Source: Bryobacterales bacterium | Lineage (GTDB): Bacteria; Acidobacteriota; Terriglobia; Bryobacterales; UBA6623 | Reading direction: 5' to 3' | Assembly (NCBI GenBank): GCA_965208945.1 | Contig: OZ242366.1 | Span: forward strand, 5,290,048 to 5,354,047 | DNA length: 64,000 bases | Part shown: positions 35,446 to 41,910 of the stretch, piece by piece | Numbering within the stretch: position 1 is the first letter of the stretch | How the letters are laid out: each line of letters starts with the position of its first letter | The notes under the pieces: generated by a model | Told to the model about the DNA's origin: nothing | What the model saw: the letters and a program-made list of their open reading frames with translations, nothing else | The model's database searches: none | Translations under genes and position numbers: made by a program

Positions 35446-35919
35446 TCAAGGGTTTCGATCGAGGATGGTCTGCACCAGATCGGTCGTGGAGTAACCCGGC
35501 TCGATCGGAATGGGAAAAACGCGTCCTCCGGACTCTTCGACGATCTCACGGCCTGCGATCCAGTGGCTCCAGTCCGAACCCTTGACGAGAACGTCGGGAA
35601 GCAGCTTTTCGAGGAGCTCGCACGGCGTCTCCTCGTCGAAGACCGTCACCGCATCCACCGCCTCCAGCGCGCCCAGGACGGCACCCCTTTCCCCGGCAGG
35701 CAGAATCGGACGCGCATCTCCCTTCAAGCGACGTACGCTCTCGTCTCCGTTGATTGCTACCACCAGCACGTCTCCATGCTCGCGCGCTGTTTCGAACAGG
35801 CGGACGTGGCCGGGGTGCAAAAGGTCAAAGCAGCCGTTCGTGAACACGACGGTCCGCCCCTCTTCGCGCCAGACACGGCGTTTCTCGATCAAGTCAGAAC
35901 GCTTCAAGAGAGGTCCCAT
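35446..35919 (-). CDS. hldC: D-beta-D-heptose 1-phosphate adenylyltransferase (RfaE domain II-type cytidylyltransferase)
   Basis: VVFTNGCFDLLHPGHVRLF (HxGH nucleotidyltransferase motif), ...VVAINGDESVRRLKG..., and a length of 157 aa from ATG 35919. The track ORF starts at 35961. Confidence 0.75.
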   Translation of the reverse strand: MGPLLKRSDLIEKRRVWREEGRTVVFTNGCFDLLHPGHVRLFETAREHGDVLVVAINGDESVRRLKGDARPILPAGERGAVLGALEAVDAVTVFDEETPCELLEKLLPDVLVKGSDWSHWIAGREIVEESGGRVFPIPIEPGYSTTDLVQTILDRNP

Positions 35920-36084
35920 GGAAGAGCCGTTGCGAGTAAGTTCTGGTGGAGAGGAATCCATTGTACCGTCCGCATCATCGGTATCCAGCCTGCCCGAAAA
36001 CCGCGAACCTGCGCTGGAAAGCCCCGGATGCCGGCCGAGCTATCGGAGCCTACTGCGCCCGGAAGCGCTCTCCGCGGCGCAGAA

Positions 36085-37401
36085 TCATTCGCGCCCCCTA
36101 TTGCGAAGCAATTCCCGCAGCCGCTCCGCGATGCGCTTCTCGACCCCCCGCCCGGTCGGATGGTAGTAGCGGCGGCCCCGCAACGAGTCCGGCAGACATT
36201 CCATGTCCGTGACGGCGTCCTCGAACTGATGCGCGTGCTGGTAGCCCTTGCCGTAGCCCCATTGCTCCATGGCGCTCGTGGGAGCATTGCGGAGTTGCAT
36301 CGGAACCGGATCAGCCATCGAGTTCCTGACGTCTTCCTTGACGTTCCCCAGCGCCCGATACACGGCATCCGACTTCGGCGCAATCGCCAGGTACACGGCC
36401 ACCTGCGCAAGCACCAGATCTCCCTCCGGTTCGCCGATCAGTCGAAACGCGTCCACGGCCGCCACGGCCTGCTCGAGCGCGCGAGGGTCCGCCAAGCCGA
36501 TATCCTCAGACGCCATCCGAACCATGCGGCGCAGGATGTAGATACGATCTTCACCGCCCTCCAACATGCGGCCCAACCAATAGAGCGCCGCATCGGGATC
36601 GCTCGACCGCACCGACTTGTGCAACGCCGAGATCAAGTTGTAATGCTCTTCACCAGACTTGTCGTACAGGACCACCTTGCGCTCGAGCACATCCGTGAGC
36701 AGCCCTTCGGTGATCTCACCGGCCGGGGCTGAAGCGACGGCGGCTTCCAGCGTCGCGAGAGCGGCGCGGGCATCTCCGTTCGAGAAGAGAGCCATCCGTT
36801 CCAGCAACTCATCGGAAACAGAAATCTCCTTATCTCCAAGACCGCGATCCTCGTCCCGCAGCGCCATTTTCAGAATGCGCACCAACTCATCGGCCGTGAG
36901 CGCGCGTAGAATGTGCACTCGACAACGCGAGAGCAGCGCCGAAATCACTTCGAAAGACGGGTTCTCCGTCGTCGCTCCGATGAGAATCACGTCGCCGCGT
37001 TCGACATAGGGAAGGAAGGCGTCCTGCTGGGCCTTGTTGAAGCGATGGATTTCGTCGACAAACACGACGGTCCTGATCCCGACCCGGCGAGCACGCTCCG
37101 CATCGGCCATGACAGCCTTCACTTCCTTGATGCCGCTCAGCACGGCGCTGAACGGAACGAACTGACCGCGACCGGCCTTGGCGATCAGGCGGGCCAACGT
37201 CGTCTTGCCCACGCCCGGCGGCCCCCACAGGATCATCGAGCCGAGTTGGTCTCGCTCGATCTGCACGCGCAACGGCTTGCCCTGACCCAGCAGATGCTCT
37301 TGCCCCATGAACTCGTCCAAGCGGCGCGGACGCATTCGATCGGCAAGAGGCCTTCCAGCAACGTCTTCCGCAATCGGAGGAGAAGGCTCGAAAAGGCTCA
37401 C
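36085..37401 (-). CDS. rarA: Replication-associated recombination protein A (AAA+ ATPase)
   Basis: The track ORF (522 aa) extends through the upstream gene. GTG 37401 overlaps the TGA of the upstream gene (GTGA) and gives VSLFEP...PLADRMRPRRLDEFMGQEHLLG. Walker A is GPPGVGKTTLARLIA and Walker B is VVFVDEIHRF. The length of 438 aa is typical of RarA/MgsA. Confidence 0.88.
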   Translation of the reverse strand: MSLFEPSPPIAEDVAGRPLADRMRPRRLDEFMGQEHLLGQGKPLRVQIERDQLGSMILWGPPGVGKTTLARLIAKAGRGQFVPFSAVLSGIKEVKAVMADAERARRVGIRTVVFVDEIHRFNKAQQDAFLPYVERGDVILIGATTENPSFEVISALLSRCRVHILRALTADELVRILKMALRDEDRGLGDKEISVSDELLERMALFSNGDARAALATLEAAVASAPAGEITEGLLTDVLERKVVLYDKSGEEHYNLISALHKSVRSSDPDAALYWLGRMLEGGEDRIYILRRMVRMASEDIGLADPRALEQAVAAVDAFRLIGEPEGDLVLAQVAVYLAIAPKSDAVYRALGNVKEDVRNSMADPVPMQLRNAPTSAMEQWGYGKGYQHAHQFEDAVTDMECLPDSLRGRRYYHPTGRGVEKRIAERLRELLRNRGRE

Positions 37402-38234
37402 CGCATGCCCCTGTCGTTCCGGCTCTCGCCGGAGGCGGACCGGCGGCGAGACGCCTCGTAAAGGACAACAGCGGCCGCAGCCGAGACGTTGAGAGACTCC
37501 ACGGCTCTGGTCGGAATCCGCAGGTCTTCGGCGGCGTCCCGCAAAGCCGGCCGGACGCCGTGCGCTTCCGAGCCCAGCACGATCACGCAGCCTCGCTCGA
37601 GTCGTGCATGAGAAAGCGGTCCTTCCGCCCGCGAGGACGCTGCGAAGCAACACAGTCCACGCTTCTTGATTTCGTCAATCAACTCCTCGGGTTCAAGGCC
37701 TTCGATGTGCGGAAGACGAAACAGCGAACCGGCCGAGGCCCGCAAGGTCTTGGGATTCGCGGCGCGAGCCGTTCCCTTCAGCAAGACAATACCCGTTGCC
37801 CCAAAAGCCTCCGCGGTGCGCACTATCGTCCCGACGTTGCCGGGGTCTTGGATCGCGTCAAGAGCAACCACGAGAGGAACGCCCTTGAAAAGTTCATCGA
37901 GATCACATTGCGGAGGCTCCACGAGCGCCAGCACGCCTTGGCTCGTTTCCGTGCTCGCGATCTGCGCGAACAGGTTGTCATCGACAATGCTGAGCGTCAC
38001 ATCACCATGACCGCGCAGCCTTGCCTCGACCTCGCGCCGCCTGCGCGCGGCGGCAACTACCGTGTCAACCTTGAGCCGACTCGCCAGCGCTTCGTCGAAC
38101 AGACGCAACGACTCAGCGACCCACAGGCCCTTCTTTGTCGCAGCGGACCGGGTTACTGCGCGGCGCACATCCCTGATGAGCGGATTGCTCGGACTTCGCA
38201 GCTCAGAAACGGGCCGGGCCAAGACGCAACTCAT
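37398..38234 (-). CDS. TrmH/SpoU-family RNA 2'-O-methyltransferase
   Basis: 278 aa. Contains LDAIQDPGNVGTIVRTAEAFG, VLGSEAHGV and IPTRAVESLNVSAAAAVVLYE (SPOUT motifs). Confidence 0.8.
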   Translation of the reverse strand: MSCVLARPVSELRSPSNPLIRDVRRAVTRSAATKKGLWVAESLRLFDEALASRLKVDTVVAAARRRREVEARLRGHGDVTLSIVDDNLFAQIASTETSQGVLALVEPPQCDLDELFKGVPLVVALDAIQDPGNVGTIVRTAEAFGATGIVLLKGTARAANPKTLRASAGSLFRLPHIEGLEPEELIDEIKKRGLCCFAASSRAEGPLSHARLERGCVIVLGSEAHGVRPALRDAAEDLRIPTRAVESLNVSAAAAVVLYEASRRRSASGESRNDRGMR

Positions 38235-38280
38235 CCTATCAGGGGTTTCGGACGTAATAGAATTCGAGGAGCGATGTTAA

Positions 38281-38480
38281 CCTGCATGTCTCACCACCCG
38301 ACGGTCGAAGCACACGATACGACCGCCAGGACTTCGTTGCGCTTGCTCGCCGTACTCGACGTACTGTCAAGTACGCCTGCGCGCGCCAATCGGCTCGCGC
38401 CTTTTTCCTCCGCCCGGCTTGCGCCTAGTCCTGGCGGTTCTCTCACGCACTTCGCCTCGCCATGTGGTGAGAAATGCCGG
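38281..38480 (+). mobile_element. MITE copy 5 (200-bp variant)
   Basis: Termini are CCTGCATGTCTCACCAC ... GTGGTGAGAAATGCCGG. Flanks are TTAA (38277-38280) / TTAT (38481-38484). It carries the same 24-bp insert as copy 2. It lies between the divergent trmH-like and tsaC genes. Confidence 0.88.
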
Positions 38481-38489
38481 TTATTGCCC

Positions 38490-39101
38490 GTGGATCCTCG
38501 CCGGCCTGATTGGGGGAAGGTTCGCCGTATCGCAAGCTCGATTCGCCGCGGCGCCGTGGTTGCCATGCCTACCGACACCGTGTACGGGCTGGCAGCGAAT
38601 CCGTATGACGAGAAGGCCGTCCGGAGGCTTTTCCGCCTCAAGCGGCGTCCGGAAACGAAGCCAATCCTCTTGCTCATCGACGGGTGGCGGCAGCTGGTTC
38701 CACTCGTCAGCACCTTCCCCCCTCGGTTTCAGGAGATTGCCTCCCGTTTCTGGCCGGGACCGTTGACAGTTATTCTGCCGGCAAGCAAATCCGTTCCGGA
38801 ACTCATCACGGCCGGAACCGGCAATGTTGCGGTGCGCTGTCCCGGGTCACCCTTGATCCGGATGCTCAGCCGATCTCTCAGGTATCCCCTCACGGGCACA
38901 AGCGCCAATCTTTCAGGCCTTGCCGCGGCCACAACGGCGAAAGAAGTGATACGGCAGTTCGGCGCAAGGCTCTGTTATGTTGTCGATGGCGGCCAGTCGG
39001 CCGGCAGGCAGGCTTCGACGATCGTCGATCTCAGCGGAGAGCCCAGCGTGATACGGTCCGGAGCCATACCGATCGAGGAACTGGATGCGTACCTGCGATG
39101 A
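38490..39101 (+). CDS. tsaC: L-threonylcarbamoyladenylate synthase (YrdC/TsaC type)
   Basis: Only the last 203 aa of track ORF 37560..39101 are genic. AVVAMPTDTVYGLAANPYDE, KRRPETKPILLLI, FWPGPLTVIL and TGTSANLSG are YrdC-domain motifs. No ATG is available. GTG 38490 or TTG 38484 are the only plausible starts, 4-10 nt after the MITE end. Confidence 0.85.
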   Translation: MDPRRPDWGKVRRIASSIRRGAVVAMPTDTVYGLAANPYDEKAVRRLFRLKRRPETKPILLLIDGWRQLVPLVSTFPPRFQEIASRFWPGPLTVILPASKSVPELITAGTGNVAVRCPGSPLIRMLSRSLRYPLTGTSANLSGLAAATTAKEVIRQFGARLCYVVDGGQSAGRQASTIVDLSGEPSVIRSGAIPIEELDAYLR

Positions 39102-39709
39102 CCGAAGAAGCCAAGCCGCGCCGCCGTCGACGATGGGCCGTTCTACTTCTGATCGTCGCCGCTCTTGGCGCCGCCTACTTCTCGAAGGTCTATTACAGCG
39201 TTTGGCGCCAAGCCCGCATCGATGAGGCACGGCAGGTCGATGTGATCGTCGTGCTGGGCGCGGCCCAGTATTGGGGCCGTCCCTCACCAGTTCTCCGGGC
39301 GCGCCTGGACCATGCTCTCAAGCTCTACCGGGATGGCATTGCGCCACGCATCATCACGACAGGCGGCGTCGGCGAGGGAGCAGCCTTCTCCGAAAGCGAG
39401 GTCAGCCGCGAGTACCTATCCCAGCAAGGCGTTCCGGCTGAATTCGTGACCGTCGAAACGGAAGGCAAGTCCACGGTTCAAAGCGCCCTGGCCGTCGCGG
39501 AAATCATGGACCGCATGGAGCTGCGCACCTGCGTCGTCGTCAGCGACGCCTACCACATTTTCCGAATCAAGCGCATGTTCGAGTCGCTGGGAATCGAAGT
39601 TTACGGCTCGCCGCGGCGACCCCAGCAGATCAGCGCGTGGCGCAGACACTGGTTCTACGCCCGAGAATCGCTGGGTTACATTCTGTGGCGCGTCGGCATC
39701 CAGGTCTAG
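39098..39709 (+). CDS. DUF218 / YdcF-ElyC family membrane-anchored protein
   Basis: ATG 39098 overlaps the tsaC stop (ATGA). One TM helix (WAVLLLIVAALGAAYF) is followed by VIVVLGAAQY...RLDHALKLYRDGIAPRIITTGG...VVSDAYHIFR, typical of DUF218. The stop TAG 39707-39709 lies in the CTAG flank of MITE copy 6. Confidence 0.75.
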   Translation: MTEEAKPRRRRRWAVLLLIVAALGAAYFSKVYYSVWRQARIDEARQVDVIVVLGAAQYWGRPSPVLRARLDHALKLYRDGIAPRIITTGGVGEGAAFSESEVSREYLSQQGVPAEFVTVETEGKSTVQSALAVAEIMDRMELRTCVVVSDAYHIFRIKRMFESLGIEVYGSPRRPQQISAWRRHWFYARESLGYILWRVGIQV

Positions 39710-39886
39710 CCTGCATTTCTGACCACCCGACGGTCGAAGCACGTGATACGGCCGCCATGACTTCGTTGCGCTTGCTTGCCGTGCTCAACGTACTGTTCAA
39801 GTACGCCTGCGCGCGCCAAGCGGCTCGCGCCTCTTCCTGCCGGCCCTCTCACCCACTTCGCCTCGCCACGTGGTGAGAAAAGCAGG
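39710..39886 (+). mobile_element. MITE copy 6 (177 bp)
   Basis: Termini are CCTGCATTTCTGACCAC ... GTGGTGAGAAAAGCAGG. Flanks are CTAG (39706-39709) / CTGG (39887-39890). Confidence 0.88.
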
Positions 39887-39929
39887 CTGGCGAAGGCCGT
39901 GACAATTACGGTTGATAGACTGAGACGCG

Positions 39930-40607
39930 ATGCGTTTTGACCTCCTGATATTCGATCTCGATGGAACTCTGATTGACTCCAAACTGGATCTGGCCCTTGC
40001 CGTCAACGCTACCCGAGCCAACGCCGGGATGGAACCGATTCCCCATGAAGCGATCTACTCCTACGTAGGCAACGGCGCACCGAGATTGATTCGCAGTTCA
40101 CTTGGCCCGAGCGTGACGGAGAGGCAAGCCGAGGAAGGGCTGCTCTATTTCTACCAGTACTACCGTGACCACATGCTCGATAACACCTACCTGTATCCCG
40201 GTGTACGGGCGGGATTGGATCGTTTCGTGCAAACCGGGTCACGGCTCGCAGTGCTCACCAACAAGCCGGTTCGCTTCAGCGGTGAGATTATCGATCGTCT
40301 CGGCCTCAGTCCCCTGTTCGAACGGGTCTACGGAGGAAACAGCTTCGACACGAAGAAACCCGACTCATATGGATTGGAGCTTTTGCTCGCCGAGCTTGAC
40401 GTACCCAAGGAGCGCGCCTTAATGGTGGGCGACAGTTCGGTGGACGTGCTGACCGCGAAAAACGCGGGGGTGGCATCCTGCGGCGTGACATACGGGCTGC
40501 GGCCGGAGACGTTCGAGGAACATCCTCCGGATATTCTGGCGCATTGCTTCGATGACGTTGTGGCGGCCGTTCTGGAAGCTCCGGCAGTCGCTCAGACGCC
40601 AACGTAG
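39930..40607 (+). CDS. gph: HAD-superfamily phosphoglycolate phosphatase
   Basis: Contains LLIFDLDGTLIDS (DxDGT motif I), VLTNKP (motif II) and MVGDSSVDVLTAKNAG (motif IV). 225 aa. Confidence 0.8.
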   Translation: MRFDLLIFDLDGTLIDSKLDLALAVNATRANAGMEPIPHEAIYSYVGNGAPRLIRSSLGPSVTERQAEEGLLYFYQYYRDHMLDNTYLYPGVRAGLDRFVQTGSRLAVLTNKPVRFSGEIIDRLGLSPLFERVYGGNSFDTKKPDSYGLELLLAELDVPKERALMVGDSSVDVLTAKNAGVASCGVTYGLRPETFEEHPPDILAHCFDDVVAAVLEAPAVAQTPT

Positions 40608-41617
40608 CGCGCGTAAATCCCGCGGGCGACAGCGGCGTCTTCAGTGCCCTTGATGATTGCCCGTCCGTCCGGGAAGATCGTCATCTCGTAGGGATCACAC
40701 TCGAACCGCAAGGCGTATGGATTCGCCCGGACTTTGCCCAGTGGCTCCAAAGTACGTCCAAGGCTCTCCAGGTCGATCGCGACATCGCGTTCGTGGACTT
40801 GCACCGCATTGCGGCCACAGAGGGAAACCGGACGCCGGTTTGAAGACTCCAAATGCTTGAACCTATGCCCTTTGCACACAAGGCACTCGGGGTCCGGCTC
40901 GAGCGAGGAGATTGTCTGAAGAGAGTTCTTCCAGACGTCGATCGACAACAGCCGCCGCTGGATGCACTCCGGTCTTCCGGCGAGAACCTTGATTGCATCG
41001 GCAACCTGCAGTGCGGCTACCACGGCGACAATGGAGTTGAGAACACCCGCCGTATCACAGGTCGGCTGGGGGTTGTCCGGAGGTTCGGGGAAAAGACAGG
41101 CGAGGCAGGCGCTCACGCCGGGCAGAACAGGCATCGTGACGCCGTAACTGCCCACAGCCGCACCGTAGATCCACGGAATGCCGTGCTTGACCGCCACGTC
41201 GTTGAGCAGATAACGCAACTCGAAGTTATCCGCCCCATCAAGAATGACATCGGCCCCGACCAGGATACGTTCGGCATTTCGGGCGGTCAGGTCGGCCACG
41301 ACCGGTTCCGTGCGGATGCGGGCATTGACGGCGGACAGACGGCGGGCCGCGGCGACGGCTTTGGGCAGGCCCTGGCGGGCATCGTCTTCATCGAACAGCC
41401 ATTGCCGCTGCAGGTTGCTGAGTTCGACGTAGTCGCGGTCAACCAGAATGAGACGGCCGACGCCCGCCCGCGCCAAGGAGCTCGCCTGGGCGGTCCCGAG
41501 GGCCCCGCAGCCAGCGACGAGGGCGGTCGAGGCAAGCAGTCGCTCTTGCCCCCTGACGCCGATCTCGGTGAAGAGAATCTGCCGTGAATAGCGCTCTCTG
41601 TCGTCTGCTTCCAGCAA
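40592..41617 (-). CDS. ThiF/MoeB/HesA-family E1-like adenylyltransferase
   Basis: Contains RYSRQILFTEIG..GQERL, VAGCGALGTAQASSLARAGVGRLILVDRDYVELSNLQRQ and the Cys pairs CLAC...CLVC. 341 aa. Confidence 0.8.
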   Translation of the reverse strand: MLEADDRERYSRQILFTEIGVRGQERLLASTALVAGCGALGTAQASSLARAGVGRLILVDRDYVELSNLQRQWLFDEDDARQGLPKAVAAARRLSAVNARIRTEPVVADLTARNAERILVGADVILDGADNFELRYLLNDVAVKHGIPWIYGAAVGSYGVTMPVLPGVSACLACLFPEPPDNPQPTCDTAGVLNSIVAVVAALQVADAIKVLAGRPECIQRRLLSIDVWKNSLQTISSLEPDPECLVCKGHRFKHLESSNRRPVSLCGRNAVQVHERDVAIDLESLGRTLEPLGKVRANPYALRFECDPYEMTIFPDGRAIIKGTEDAAVARGIYARYVGV

Positions 41618-41645
41618 GGATGCGTAGTCGGAACCCTGATCTTAA

Positions 41646-41832
41646 CCTGCATTTCTCACCACCCGACGGTCGAAGCACACGATTCAACCGCCAGGACTTC
41701 GTTGCGCTTGCTTGTCGTGCTCGATGTACTGTTCAAGTACACCTGCGCGCGCCTTTTCCCTCCGCCGGGCTCGCGCCTCGTCCTGACGGCCCTCTCGCGC
41801 ACTTCGCCTCGCCATGTAGTGAGAAATACAGA
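41646..41832 (+). mobile_element. MITE copy 7 (187 bp, diverged)
   Basis: Termini are CCTGCATTTCTCACCAC ... GTAGTGAGAAATACAGA. It has a perfect duplication, TTAA (41642-41645) / TTAA (41833-41836). It lies between the divergent thiF-like and bamA genes. Confidence 0.88.
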
Positions 41833-41910
41833 TTAACAGCCCTTGCCTGGAGTGCGATTGCATCAAGGTTGAAGCAACGTGGATCCGGCAAGGCCGTCTT
41901 ATAATCGTCA

